A DNA stretch of 64,000 nucleotides from Rikenellaceae bacterium. GTDB taxonomy: Bacteria > Bacteroidota > Bacteroidia > Bacteroidales > Rikenellaceae. The stretch is from the NCBI GenBank assembly GCA_015060115.1, contig SUZB01000009.1:13260-77259 (forward strand). The letters are read 5' to 3'. The notes beneath the pieces are model-generated. The model saw nothing but the letters and a program-made list of their open reading frames with translations, did no database searches and was not told the origin of the DNA. A program made the translations under genes and the position numbers. Shown here in pieces: positions 37,328-47,531 of the stretch (its first letter is position 1; each line of letters opens with the position of its first letter).

Positions 37328-38097
37328 TAAAGGTACTTATCGTCGAAGACGAAATCCCCGCACAACTTACCCTGCGTCGCCTTATCGAGCGCTGTTGCCC
37401 CGATAGCCACATTGTCGAGATGCTCACCTCGGTGAAAACAACCATAAAATGGTTAGAGGAGAACCCCGAGGGTGCCGATGTAATTTTTATGGATGTCGAA
37501 CTTTCAGATGGTGTCTGCTTCGACATCTTCGACAAGGTTGAAATCAACGCCAATGTTATAATCACCACCGCCTACGAGAACTACGCCATCAACGCCTTTA
37601 AGCGTGATACGCGCGACTACTTGTTGAAGCCTATTGACGAAAAGGAGCTAAGCCGTGCATGGGAGCGTTGCCGTGAGCGTATCGAGGCTAAAAATGCCCA
37701 TAATATCGAGGCTCTGCTCGATATGGTGCGCCAGAAGTCTTCTAATGACAAAACCTTCAAGAAGCGTTTTATTGTCAAGGCTGGCGACAAAATTGTGATT
37801 ATTCCCGTCGAGGAGATTGCCTACTGCTACTCGGAGGATAAGAGCACCTATGCTGTAAATCGCAACGGCACACACCGCCTCTTGGACTACTCGTTGGATA
37901 CGGTGCAGGAGATGCTTGATCCCACGCTATTCTTCCGTATATCACGCAGTTGCATAGTGTCAATAAGTGCTATTGACAGTATCTCTAAGCACCTCGGTAC
38001 ACGCCTTAAACTCCAGCTCAACCCACGCTCGGAGGAGGATGTTATCGTTAGCCGTAGCCGCACCTCGGACTTCTTGGAATGGCTCGACAAGAATTAG
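37324..38097 (+). CDS. LytTR family response regulator
   Basis: IVEDE, FMDVELSDG receiver; YLLKP; FFRISRSCIV LytTR DNA-binding domain. Confidence 0.95.
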   Translation: MIKVLIVEDEIPAQLTLRRLIERCCPDSHIVEMLTSVKTTIKWLEENPEGADVIFMDVELSDGVCFDIFDKVEINANVIITTAYENYAINAFKRDTRDYLLKPIDEKELSRAWERCRERIEAKNAHNIEALLDMVRQKSSNDKTFKKRFIVKAGDKIVIIPVEEIAYCYSEDKSTYAVNRNGTHRLLDYSLDTVQEMLDPTLFFRISRSCIVSISAIDSISKHLGTRLKLQLNPRSEEDVIVSRSRTSDFLEWLDKN

Positions 38098-38103
38098 AGG
38101 AGA

Positions 38104-38322
38104 GAGCAGGCTTTCGCCTGCGGGCTATGCCCCAAGGGGCAAAAGGGTTCAAAGGGAAAAAAGGGGTGGTAAGGTTAGCAGGAGTCTTGATAGTCTTACC
38201 CACCTTGAGGTTAGCACGCACGCTCTATCTCCCCTTGTGCCTCTTGTGCCCCTCAGCTTCAGCTGGCGCTCCCCAGAGCGCAACTCTAAAAACTAAAAAC
38301 TAACAACTAGCAACTAACAACT
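38104..38322. repeat. Composite intergenic mosaic: B module, AAGGGG/CCCCTT-type arms and inverted heptamer array
   Basis: GAGCAGGCTTTCGCCTGCGGGCTATGCCCCAAGGGGC matches 3388 and 6724. Confidence 0.75.
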
Positions 38323-38489
38323 CTCACCTATATCGGGGATAGTTCATTTTTTGTGAGCTACCCCCGTTTTGTTTGCTCATTTAGATTTTTTTTGTAACTT
38401 TGCAAAAATATGTGCGCATGTATATGCGTGCGTGGTTGCGCGCGTAGCGTGTGCAACGGAGCAAACGATAACAAATAAAACGCAATAAT

Positions 38490-39293
38490 ATGAAGTATTT
38501 CAAACTCTTAGCCTTGGCAGTAGCCATTATCCTCGCCTCGTGTAATGCGCAGGAGCGAGTGCTCTACTTGCAGGATGTGGAGAACGGCTCGGAGATTAAC
38601 CTCCCCGAGAACTACCTTATCCGCCTCAAGCCTCTCGACCAGATTACCGTTGTGGTAAACTCTAAAAATCCTGAGTTGGCCGTTCCGTTCAACACCTCGA
38701 CAAGCTATTCGAGCTTGACAGGTAACACAGTATCTTCGACAGCCACATCGAGCAGCTTGCAGATTCTTACTGTTGATGATCGTGGCTATATCGATATGCC
38801 CATCATTGGCGAGATAAAGTGCGCCGGTAAGACCCGTGAGGAGGTGGCAAGCGACATTGAGCAGAAGATTAAGGAGGGTGGATATATCGCCGACCCCAAG
38901 GTCAATGTACGCTTTGCCGACCTTACAATATCGATTATCGGTGAGGTGGCACGCCCCGGTCGCTACGACATCAAGAAGGACCAGCTCACAATCTTCGAGG
39001 CATTAGCATTGGCTGGCGATATGACCATCTATGGTAATCGTGAGGATGTTGCCGTTATCCGCGAGCAGAATGGCAAGAATGTGATTACGAAGCTCGACCT
39101 TCGTTCGCAGGATATCTTCTCTTCGCCCTGCTTCTATCTCCAGCAGAACGATGTTATCATCGTAAGTCCCAACAAGTATAAGGCTGCAACTGCCGAGATT
39201 AACCAGAATCGCTCGTTCTGGATCTCGTTGGCATCAACAGGTATCTCGTTGGCATCGCTTGTGATGACCATTATCCTCGCAACTAAACCCTAA
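38490..39293 (+). CDS. wza: Polysaccharide export outer-membrane lipoprotein (Wza-like)
   Basis: Lipobox LASC; D.ITVVV, VDDRGYIDMPIIGEI, IIGEVARPG and YLQQNDVIIV motifs. Confidence 0.9.
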   Translation: MKYFKLLALAVAIILASCNAQERVLYLQDVENGSEINLPENYLIRLKPLDQITVVVNSKNPELAVPFNTSTSYSSLTGNTVSSTATSSSLQILTVDDRGYIDMPIIGEIKCAGKTREEVASDIEQKIKEGGYIADPKVNVRFADLTISIIGEVARPGRYDIKKDQLTIFEALALAGDMTIYGNREDVAVIREQNGKNVITKLDLRSQDIFSSPCFYLQQNDVIIVSPNKYKAATAEINQNRSFWISLASTGISLASLVMTIILATKP

Positions 39294-39315
39294 TATTCAG
39301 CATCATAATAGCACT

Positions 39316-41745
39316 ATGACCGAATACAACGAAAACATTGAGCGTGAGAGCACATCATCGTTGCCCCGCTTCACACTCTACGACTTTGTGCAGCTGATTC
39401 TTTCGAATTGGTATTGGTTTGCACTATCAATCATCGTATGCTGCCTCTGCGCCGCATTCTATCTTCGTCGCACAGCGCCTGTCTATCAGCGTAGCGCCTC
39501 GGTGCTCGTGAAGGACTCGCGTAAGGGCTCTGCAGCCGAGGTTGTCGCATTTAGCGATATTATGGGCGGTATGGGTCGTCGCTCGGTAGACAACGAGGTA
39601 TATATTCTTCAATCTCGCCGCCTAATGGAGGAGGTTGTCAAGCGTTATGACCTTGGCACCAACTACTCGGTGTCGGGTCGTATCCGCACCTCGGATATCT
39701 ACGGCAGCACACCTCTGCTTGTGAAGTTTATCACCGCAGCACCCAGCGATGCAGGCTCGTTTAAGTACACCATCAAGAAAGATGGCAAGGTTGCAATAGA
39801 TGATTTCCGCGACCGCAAGGGCGAGGAGCAGAGCTTCAAGGCTACTGCCGAGGTGGGCGATACAATCACCACGCCTCTTGGCAAGATTGTATTTGTGCCT
39901 ACACCCTACATCGACCAGTACACCGACAAGAGGGTAAATGTTACGAAGTATCCTCTCAACGAGATTACGGAGGCCTACCGCAAGCGTTTGCAGTGCAATA
40001 TTACCGATAAGATGGCATCGGTAATCAATATCTCGATGACAGATGTTGTGCCCAAGCGTGCCGAGGATGTTATCAACGGTATCATCGATGCCTACAATGC
40101 CGATGCTATCAACGATAAGCGCGAGATATCGAACCTTACGGAGAAGTTTATCAACGAGCGACTGCTCACCCTCGGTCAGGAGCTTAATGTTGCCGATGAC
40201 GAGATTGCATCGTTCAAGAAGGAGAACCGCATCTATAGTCCTCAGGAGGAGGCATCGTTGAGCGCCGAGGAGATTGCTCGCCTCAAGAAGGAGTCGATGT
40301 CGTTGGAGGGTAGCTTGGAGATTGCGCAGTATATCCTCGACTATGTGCGTAACGACGCTTCGGGCAGCAGCCTTATCCCCGCAGCCACAGTCTCGATGAG
40401 TGGCGCATCGTCGGCTCTCGCTTCGCAGATTGATATGTACAACACCAATGTGCTGAACTATCAGCGCCTCTTGGCTGAGTCTTCGGAGAATAGCCCCGTT
40501 ATTATGGACCTCAAGGCTCAGATTTCGTCTGTTCGTGGCGCTATCATCACCTCTTTGGAGTCGCATATCGAGGGTCTTAAGTTGCAGATTGCCAATGTAA
40601 GTAGCGAGCAGCGCAAGGCCGATTCGCGTATGACAAGCTCGCCTACCAAGGAGAAGGAGCTACTCTCGATTACTCGTCAGCAGAAGGTTAAGGAGGAGCT
40701 ATATATCTACCTGCTTACCAAGCTTGAGGAGAATGCCCTCACGGGAGCTACTGCCGAGAGCAACGCTCGCGTTATCGACTTGGCGTATGGTAGCAACCGC
40801 CCCATCAGCCCCCGCTCGATGATGATCTACCTTATGGCGTTGGTTATTGGTGCTATCATTCCCTTCGTCATTCTCTACATTATGGAGCTTCTGAACACCA
40901 CAGTGCGTTCACGCCGTGAGGTTGAGGAGGCATTGTCAGCACCCTTCCTTGGCGATATTCCACGCTTCGAGGGCAAGGCTGACTACAATGTTGTGGTTAA
41001 AGAGAATAGCCGTGATGTCATCTCTGAAGCATTCCGCATCTTGCGCACCAACATCAACTTTATGTCGGTGGACCGCAATATGCAGGTTATCACGCTCACC
41101 TCGTCAATTCCTCATAGCGGTAAGACCTTTATATCGACCAACCTCGCTATGACATTGGCCATTTCGGGCAAGAAGGTGTTGCTTATGGACCTTGACCTTC
41201 GTCGTCGCACCCTCTCAAAGCAGATGGGTCATCGCAACGACCGCCGAGGCCTCACAAGCTACCTTTCGGGTACGCTCTCGTCGTTGAACGATGCTATCTC
41301 TAAGACATCGTTGCACGACAACCTCGATATGATGTACGCCGGTCCTCAGCCACCCAACCCCTCGGAGATGCTTATGTCGCAGCGTGTGGATGCTATGATG
41401 GCAGAGTTGCGCAAGATGTACGACTACATCATCATCGACAATGTCCCCGCTATGGCTGTTGCCGATGCAATGATTATCGACCGCTTCGTAGACCTCACCA
41501 TCTATGTTGTGCGTCAGGGTAACCTCGACCGTCGCCAGTTGCCCGATATCGAGCAGCTCTACCGCGAGAAGAAGTTTAATAATATGGCCATCGTGCTCAA
41601 TGGCGTGAGCCACAACCGCAGCTCTTATGGCTACGGTTACGGCTATAGTTACAGCTACAACTACTACTACAACGAGGATAAGGAGTACTCGGTATGGCAG
41701 CGCCGTCTGCACCGATTAAAGGGTCTCTTTAAGAAGCGCCACTAA
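39316..41745 (+). CDS. wzc: Polysaccharide co-polymerase/BY-kinase (Wzc-like)
   Basis: Two TM segments around a large periplasmic domain; EAFRILRTN, TSSIPHSGKTF Walker A, DLDLRR, IIIDNVP; Tyr cluster YGYGYGYSYSYNYYY. Confidence 0.93.
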   Translation: MTEYNENIERESTSSLPRFTLYDFVQLILSNWYWFALSIIVCCLCAAFYLRRTAPVYQRSASVLVKDSRKGSAAEVVAFSDIMGGMGRRSVDNEVYILQSRRLMEEVVKRYDLGTNYSVSGRIRTSDIYGSTPLLVKFITAAPSDAGSFKYTIKKDGKVAIDDFRDRKGEEQSFKATAEVGDTITTPLGKIVFVPTPYIDQYTDKRVNVTKYPLNEITEAYRKRLQCNITDKMASVINISMTDVVPKRAEDVINGIIDAYNADAINDKREISNLTEKFINERLLTLGQELNVADDEIASFKKENRIYSPQEEASLSAEEIARLKKESMSLEGSLEIAQYILDYVRNDASGSSLIPAATVSMSGASSALASQIDMYNTNVLNYQRLLAESSENSPVIMDLKAQISSVRGAIITSLESHIEGLKLQIANVSSEQRKADSRMTSSPTKEKELLSITRQQKVKEELYIYLLTKLEENALTGATAESNARVIDLAYGSNRPISPRSMMIYLMALVIGAIIPFVILYIMELLNTTVRSRREVEEALSAPFLGDIPRFEGKADYNVVVKENSRDVISEAFRILRTNINFMSVDRNMQVITLTSSIPHSGKTFISTNLAMTLAISGKKVLLMDLDLRRRTLSKQMGHRNDRRGLTSYLSGTLSSLNDAISKTSLHDNLDMMYAGPQPPNPSEMLMSQRVDAMMAELRKMYDYIIIDNVPAMAVADAMIIDRFVDLTIYVVRQGNLDRRQLPDIEQLYREKKFNNMAIVLNGVSHNRSSYGYGYGYSYSYNYYYNEDKEYSVWQRRLHRLKGLFKKRH

Positions 41746-41751
41746 TAAATT

Positions 41752-42138
41752 ATGGATAACTCGATGATTATCGCCGTGGACTTTGACGGCACATGTGTCG
41801 AGCACGACTACCCCGATGTAGGACTTGATGTCGAGGGTGCAGTCGATACGCTCAAGGCACTTGTTGCCAAGGGGCATCGTCTGATACTCTTCACCATGCG
41901 CTCGGGCAAGAAGTTGGAGGCTGCCGAGCGCTGGTTTAAGGAGCGTAAGATTGAGCTTTGGGCATCTAACCGCAACCCTGAGCAGGAGGAGTGGACAGAG
42001 TCTGCAAAGGTGTATGCCCACCTCTATATCGATGACTCGGCGTTGGGCTGTCCGATTATGTTTATTGATGGTGTCCGTCGCCCTGTTGTCAATTGGACAA
42101 AGGTGCGCCAACAGTTGGAATACGACGGCGTACTGTAA
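41752..42138 (+). CDS. Small capless HAD-superfamily protein
   Basis: IIAVDFDGT motif I, ILFTMR motif II, K and YIDD motifs III/IV. Confidence 0.8.
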   Translation: MDNSMIIAVDFDGTCVEHDYPDVGLDVEGAVDTLKALVAKGHRLILFTMRSGKKLEAAERWFKERKIELWASNRNPEQEEWTESAKVYAHLYIDDSALGCPIMFIDGVRRPVVNWTKVRQQLEYDGVL

Positions 42139-42157
42139 GCACCATACCTTATATAAT

Positions 42158-42190
42158 AAAGGTCTACTTCCGCTTTAGGAGTAGACCTTT
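42158..42190 (+). terminator. Intrinsic terminator of wza-wzc-HAD
   Basis: AAAGGTCTACTTC-N7-GGAGTAGACCTTT followed by Ts. Confidence 0.8.
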
Positions 42191-42195
42191 GATTT

Positions 42196-42507
42196 TAGTT
42201 GTTAGTTGTTAGATATTAGTTGTTAGATTTAGGACCAGTAAGACGATAAGAAAAAATTGTGATACCCGACCTCGTAAGGTCTTAAGGTCTTAAGGTCCTA
42301 AGGTCCTAAAAAAATCCTAAAGTCCTAAAGTCCTAAGGTCTTATCGGTCAAAAACAGAGAAAATTTCATAGAAAACGCAGTTAAGGCAATCAGCCCTCCT
42401 TGAATCCTCCCTGAACACACACCTAAAATAAATGACGGATGTGAGATACTCAAGTATTCCCATCCGCCATTCTAACTAAAGCTGACGCACCTATATCACA
42501 ACAGATT
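42196..42507. repeat. Composite intergenic mosaic: heptamer array, expanded A and half D
   Basis: A core at 42261 with an expanded run of GTC(C/T)TAA(G/A) units; hairpin at 42431-42471; stop-adjacent arm to 42507. Confidence 0.78.
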
Positions 42508-43210
42508 AAGATGCGATAGCGCAGTACTGGTTGTATTTGCGCATTACCTGCGACACATAACCCAAAGTCTGCTTGCTGCCGGTAAACTTACCACTCTTGA
42601 CGATGTCAAGCTCATAGTAGGCGGGATCGGCCTTGAGTTGTAGGTAGCGGCTCACATCGCCCCAAGAGTTGGGGTTGGCGCCCTCGTAACGCGCAAGGCG
42701 ACGGGCATCAAGGACATGACCGATACCGGCATTGTAGCTTGCGAGGATGATGCTCAGACGATCTTCCGTAGGCGTAGCCGCAGGAATACGGAGCATATCG
42801 GCAAGCTCGGTAAGGAGCATACCGGCGAGACGAATATTTGTCTCGGTATCGTCGATATCATCGACAGGAACATTGAAGTGGCGAGCCACAACGGGGCGAA
42901 TCTGCATAATGCCGGCTGCACCCTGGCTCGACACGAGGTTCTCAATAAAGCGCGACTCGCTATAGGCGATAGCACTCATCAAACGCCAATCCTGACCCTC
43001 CTCCTCGCCGACCTTCTGCATAATGGGGTCGAAACGCGAGATTACCCACTCCTCGACCATCTCGGCGGGTGTGGCAACGGGTGTGGGTGCTACCTCCTCT
43101 ACGGGCTCCACCTCGTGAAGCGCAACGGGGGTAGTGGCGTTACCCACTGATGATTCATAAATCGCAAGTGCTGCGACAGAAAGAATCACAAACGATACTC
43201 TTCTTAACAT
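42506..43210 (-). CDS. Lytic transglycosylase (SLT domain, MltF C-terminal-like)
   Basis: AIAYSESRF (catalytic E), GAAGIMQI, LASYNAG motifs. Confidence 0.9.
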   Translation of the reverse strand: MLRRVSFVILSVAALAIYESSVGNATTPVALHEVEPVEEVAPTPVATPAEMVEEWVISRFDPIMQKVGEEEGQDWRLMSAIAYSESRFIENLVSSQGAAGIMQIRPVVARHFNVPVDDIDDTETNIRLAGMLLTELADMLRIPAATPTEDRLSIILASYNAGIGHVLDARRLARYEGANPNSWGDVSRYLQLKADPAYYELDIVKSGKFTGSKQTLGYVSQVMRKYNQYCAIAS

Positions 43211-43252
43211 TGTTTAGTAGTTTGTGGGCTGCTAAACGGCGTGTACTCACCA

Positions 43253-45421
43253 TTAGTCGTAGAACGACCACGAGATACCAAACTTGAACATTCTTGGGTT
43301 TAGCGGGTAGCGTGCTACCTGGAAATATTCGCCATTACCGAAGAGGTTTTGGTTCAAGTGCTGGAATTTCAATAATATACGCATACGCTTCCACTTGGCC
43401 GACACAAAGGCGTCGATGTAGGGGTAGTTGCCTACCTTAACCTCGCGCTGATTGAAGAAGACCGAGAGTGCAGGGTTGTAGCTCGGAGCATAGTAGGCCG
43501 TGTTGAAACGACCGTCCAAGCCAATCTGCACACGCAACACATCGCGCACAACCCAAAACTCGTAGTAGTACGAGAGGTAGGCGCTAAGAAGTGGTACGGG
43601 AAGCACACTCTCATTGGATGAGAACTGCACCAATGCCCTATGATCCAGATGGAGTCCCTTGATACGGAAATCCTTGCGAGCGTACAAACTCGTGAGGCTC
43701 ACTGTGCCCGCGTGCTGTGCTACGCGGCTGTCATTGCCGTAATATAGCATATTGCCCATTACGCCCTGCCAAAAGCCCAACTCAAGAGCTATGTCAGGCA
43801 CTGCAAAGTTCACCTCGAAACGAGTTTCAGACTCCTTAGAGAAGGAGTTAAACCAAGTATAGTGGTTTGAGAATAGATTCTCCTGCCAGTAGCCCGGCGA
43901 GCGTAGCTCCTGACGGAACTTACCGGAGAGAATCAGGGGATGTTCGCGAATGAAGGCTCGGAGGGTAATATCGGCACCCACCGAGAGATCACCGCCACGA
44001 TAGCCAGAAGGGTGGTATTTGGCATTAACACCCCAGTCGGCATATCGTTTAATCTTACCACCCGTAGAACCATAGATATACCACGAGTGGCGCTTGTCCT
44101 TGGTCATCTTACCCGATATATAGTCTTTCAACCTGAGGTAAGAGTAGGTATGTATGTCGTAGCCGATGCCCGCATCGATAGTCGAGACTATGCCGTTGCG
44201 GTCCCACGGCTGGATTTGTACAAATAGTTTGTTCGAGAGCAGTCGCTCCGAGATAGAGTCGCGTGTAGTCTCAGGTGTGATAAACCAGTCCTCGTAGTAT
44301 TCGAGGCCATCAACCTTCACCCACTTGCCCGTCTCCTCATCGTACTCGCCACGCTCATTGGAGTAGGTAGCCCTCTTGTCGGTATAGACCTTCGACCAAG
44401 TGTTGTACTCCAACTGATGGCCGATATATACTGCCGAGAGGTCGGCAATCGAGAAGTCGTACTCGGTAACACGCTCCAAAGGTATTGCAAAGGCCTGCTT
44501 AAGGACTACGGCGTGGTTGCGATAGTGGTTGTGCGCCTCGGCCTTAGCCAGACGCATAGGCACACCTGAGGGCATCTCAAAGGTGGTATCGGCAATAGCC
44601 CACTCTCCAACAACACCACCATTCTCACGAGTGGTAATCGTATTGTTCATATAGGCGGCATGCACCGAATAACGCTTGCCCGTATGCGCCACAGCCACCG
44701 AGAGAGCGTGATTCTTGGTTCGTTGCCAGTCATAACGGCCCATCGTACTGCGGGCCTTGTAGACAACATTTGCCGAGGTCGAGGGGTTGATATTCTGCGA
44801 ATGTACCAACTCGAAGTGCTCCTCACGGTAGCGCTTCTGTCCCGACTCCAAGTACATCATATTCGTGAGTGGCTTCTTGGCGTTGTAGAATGGCACATTC
44901 TCCAAGCGTGCCGTGTAGGCATCGTAGCTTCGGGCAAACGAGAAGTCGCGATCCTGACTGCGGTCAAACCAGTTGACAGCCTGTGATGACTGGCCGAGGC
45001 CACCAAGCGCCATATCGCCAACGCCCTTGCGGTAGAAGACATAGTCGATACGCCAGTCGGCAAGCGTGGTATCCAGAGGCTCGATATTCACTCGGTTGTA
45101 GTAGCGGTCGATATGCCACTTCCAGTTAGGCAGGGCACGCACCGTGTCGTTGAAGTAGTAGGACTCCAAGGGTCGGCGGAAGCGCTTCTCCTTCTCGGTA
45201 GAGTCCGCCTGTACGCCCTCCATACCCTCTTCGCCCATCATATCCTGACCCATACCGGGAAGACCATTCATACCCATAGAGTTGTCCGTGCCAAAACCTT
45301 GGCGCTGTTGCTCACGCTGGGCACGAGCCAAAGATGCGGCATCCAACTGGGCATACGACGACAGAGGCAGCAAGATTGCCACCGCCAAAGATATGACCAT
45401 TATCAACCGCGTAAATCTCAT
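43253..45421 (-). CDS. Putative outer-membrane porin (Bacteroidetes Porin_10-like)
   Basis: Signal peptide; alternating beta-strand pattern; C-terminal YP.NPRMFKFGISWSFYD. Confidence 0.8.
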   Translation of the reverse strand: MRFTRLIMVISLAVAILLPLSSYAQLDAASLARAQREQQRQGFGTDNSMGMNGLPGMGQDMMGEEGMEGVQADSTEKEKRFRRPLESYYFNDTVRALPNWKWHIDRYYNRVNIEPLDTTLADWRIDYVFYRKGVGDMALGGLGQSSQAVNWFDRSQDRDFSFARSYDAYTARLENVPFYNAKKPLTNMMYLESGQKRYREEHFELVHSQNINPSTSANVVYKARSTMGRYDWQRTKNHALSVAVAHTGKRYSVHAAYMNNTITTRENGGVVGEWAIADTTFEMPSGVPMRLAKAEAHNHYRNHAVVLKQAFAIPLERVTEYDFSIADLSAVYIGHQLEYNTWSKVYTDKRATYSNERGEYDEETGKWVKVDGLEYYEDWFITPETTRDSISERLLSNKLFVQIQPWDRNGIVSTIDAGIGYDIHTYSYLRLKDYISGKMTKDKRHSWYIYGSTGGKIKRYADWGVNAKYHPSGYRGGDLSVGADITLRAFIREHPLILSGKFRQELRSPGYWQENLFSNHYTWFNSFSKESETRFEVNFAVPDIALELGFWQGVMGNMLYYGNDSRVAQHAGTVSLTSLYARKDFRIKGLHLDHRALVQFSSNESVLPVPLLSAYLSYYYEFWVVRDVLRVQIGLDGRFNTAYYAPSYNPALSVFFNQREVKVGNYPYIDAFVSAKWKRMRILLKFQHLNQNLFGNGEYFQVARYPLNPRMFKFGISWSFYD

Positions 45422-46144
45422 TTATTCAGCCTTTTCAGTTTTAGTGAACAACCAACGAAGAGTTGATATTGCGATATATAGAACGATTATTGCAAGGATT
45501 GAGTATGTCGAAACGATGAAAATTAGCGCAAGCGACAACAAAATAAATGCGTATCGCAACTCGTTACCCTTAATGCCAAAGCCTTTGAACTTTAGCGAGA
45601 ACATACGAATAGGACTTACCAAGAGCAACGAAGCGACAACAGCAATAACGAGCAACCACTCTGCACCCAGCGCTATATGTCCCGACTCCTGAAGTACGGC
45701 CAACGATAGGAGCATCAAGGCGTTAGCTGGTGTAGGCAAACCCTCAAACTCCGAGGTCTGCGTGGTGTCGATATTGAACTTGCCGAGGCGCAATGCCGAG
45801 AATGCAGCGACTATAAGCGCGATATACGAAAGAGGCTCAATTACCTCAGCGCCAAGGCCAAAGGCGCTATCTGAAGAGCGAACAAGGTCGAACATCACGA
45901 CTGCGGGCACCAAGCCAAACGAGATATCATCGGCCAACGAGTCGAGCTGAACACCGAGGGGTGAAATCTGGTTGAGCAGACGAGCTACTAAGCCATCGAA
46001 GAAGTCGAAGATGGCCGAAGCGACAATAAGCCACAAGGCAAGCTGATAGTCGTGGTACTGCAAAACGGCTACAACAGCGCCGGCGCCAGCGAGCAAGTTC
46101 GCCATTGTCAGCAAGTTAGGCAGTGTAAAAAGTCTAATTTTCAT
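45422..46144 (-). CDS. pssA: CDP-diacylglycerol--serine O-phosphatidyltransferase
   Basis: DFFDGLVAR...GVQLDSLADDISFG CDP-alcohol motif, LRLGKFN, FEGLPTPA. Start at 46144 preferred; 46180 is possible. Confidence 0.88.
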   Translation of the reverse strand: MKIRLFTLPNLLTMANLLAGAGAVVAVLQYHDYQLALWLIVASAIFDFFDGLVARLLNQISPLGVQLDSLADDISFGLVPAVVMFDLVRSSDSAFGLGAEVIEPLSYIALIVAAFSALRLGKFNIDTTQTSEFEGLPTPANALMLLSLAVLQESGHIALGAEWLLVIAVVASLLLVSPIRMFSLKFKGFGIKGNELRYAFILLSLALIFIVSTYSILAIIVLYIAISTLRWLFTKTEKAE

Positions 46145-46277
46145 TGTTTCTTGGTCTTTATAAAAACTCTTATTGCTCAACTATTTTCTTAGAAAATAGG
46201 GTCAAAGAGATTGCAAAGATACGAAAAAATTTTTATCTTTGTATAAATTTGTAAAATTTAACACTCTACATAGCGCT

Positions 46278-47351
46278 ATGAATAGTAATCGTTACTGTGT
46301 GATAATGGCGGGTGGCATAGGCTCTCGCTTCTGGCCGATGAGCCGTCAGAGCCACCCCAAGCAGTTCCTGGATATGCTCGATACAGGACGCTCGTTCATT
46401 CGTCATACCTACGAAAGATTTGCCAAAATTATCCCATCTAAGAACTTCATAGTCGTTACAAATCGCCGTTACAAGCACCTTGTCAAGGAGCATATCCCGG
46501 AGATTAGCGATGAGCAGATTTTGTGCGAGCCGATAGGTCGAAATACTGCGCCGTGCATCGCATACGCTGCATATACACTGCGCAAGGCGAACCCCAATGC
46601 CGAGATGATAGTTACTCCCTCGGACCACTTGATACTCAACGAGGAAGAGTTCTATTCTACGGTTGAGTCGTGTCTTGATTTTATCGCCACGACGCCCGCG
46701 TTGATGACCATTGGTATTAACCCCACACGCCCCGAAACAGCCTACGGATACATACAGCGCTCGAACAAAAAACAGATAAGTCGCGTAAAGTGTTTTACCG
46801 AGAAACCTAACCGCGAAATGGCCGAGGCATTTTTGGAGTGTGGCGAATTTTTGTGGAACTCCGGAATCTTTATTTGGAGCGTTCGGGATATTATCGCCGC
46901 TATCGAGCAATACCTTCCCGATCACGCCACGCTATTCTCCTCTATTGCCGATGATTTGGGCACGGAGCGCGAGGAGCGAGCCATAGAGAAAGTGTTCTCG
47001 GAGTGCAAGGCGATATCTATCGACTATGGCGTTATGGAGCGTGCCGAAAATGTATATGTCCGCACAGGCAACTTCGGCTGGAGCGATGTCGGCACTTGGG
47101 GTGCGGTCTATCACCAATCGCGCAAGGATAGCTATGCCAACGCATCGAATGGCGGTGTGGTAAAGACCTATGATACACGCAACACACTGATTAACATTCC
47201 GAAAGAGAAGGTCGCAGTAGTTAGCGGACTAAAAGATTATATCGTTATAGACACCGAAGATGTTTTGATGATATGCCCTCGCCACGAGGAGCAGAGCATC
47301 AAGAGTTTTATCGAGGATGTGAAGTACGACACTGGCGATAAACACATCTAA
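46278..47351 (+). CDS. manC: Mannose-1-phosphate guanylyltransferase
   Basis: IMAGGIGSRFWPMSR...PKQFL, EPIGRNTAP, FTEKP, WNSGIF, WSDVGTW. The TTG at 46239 is part of a -7 element, so ATG 46278 is preferred. Confidence 0.92.
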   Translation: MNSNRYCVIMAGGIGSRFWPMSRQSHPKQFLDMLDTGRSFIRHTYERFAKIIPSKNFIVVTNRRYKHLVKEHIPEISDEQILCEPIGRNTAPCIAYAAYTLRKANPNAEMIVTPSDHLILNEEEFYSTVESCLDFIATTPALMTIGINPTRPETAYGYIQRSNKKQISRVKCFTEKPNREMAEAFLECGEFLWNSGIFIWSVRDIIAAIEQYLPDHATLFSSIADDLGTEREERAIEKVFSECKAISIDYGVMERAENVYVRTGNFGWSDVGTWGAVYHQSRKDSYANASNGGVVKTYDTRNTLINIPKEKVAVVSGLKDYIVIDTEDVLMICPRHEEQSIKSFIEDVKYDTGDKHI

Positions 47352-47531
47352 TCACTGAGTGCCGAGAGGTGAGTAGTGAGTAATAGAGTAGGCATTGCTT
47401 GCTCTATTTTTTGTCAATAGACAACAAAATAAGCTACTTTGGCGTTGATATTGTCAATAAAATGTTATAAACAACTACCGGTAGAGGTTTATTTCAGAGA
47501 AATAATAAGTACCTTTGCCGCGTAAAATTGT

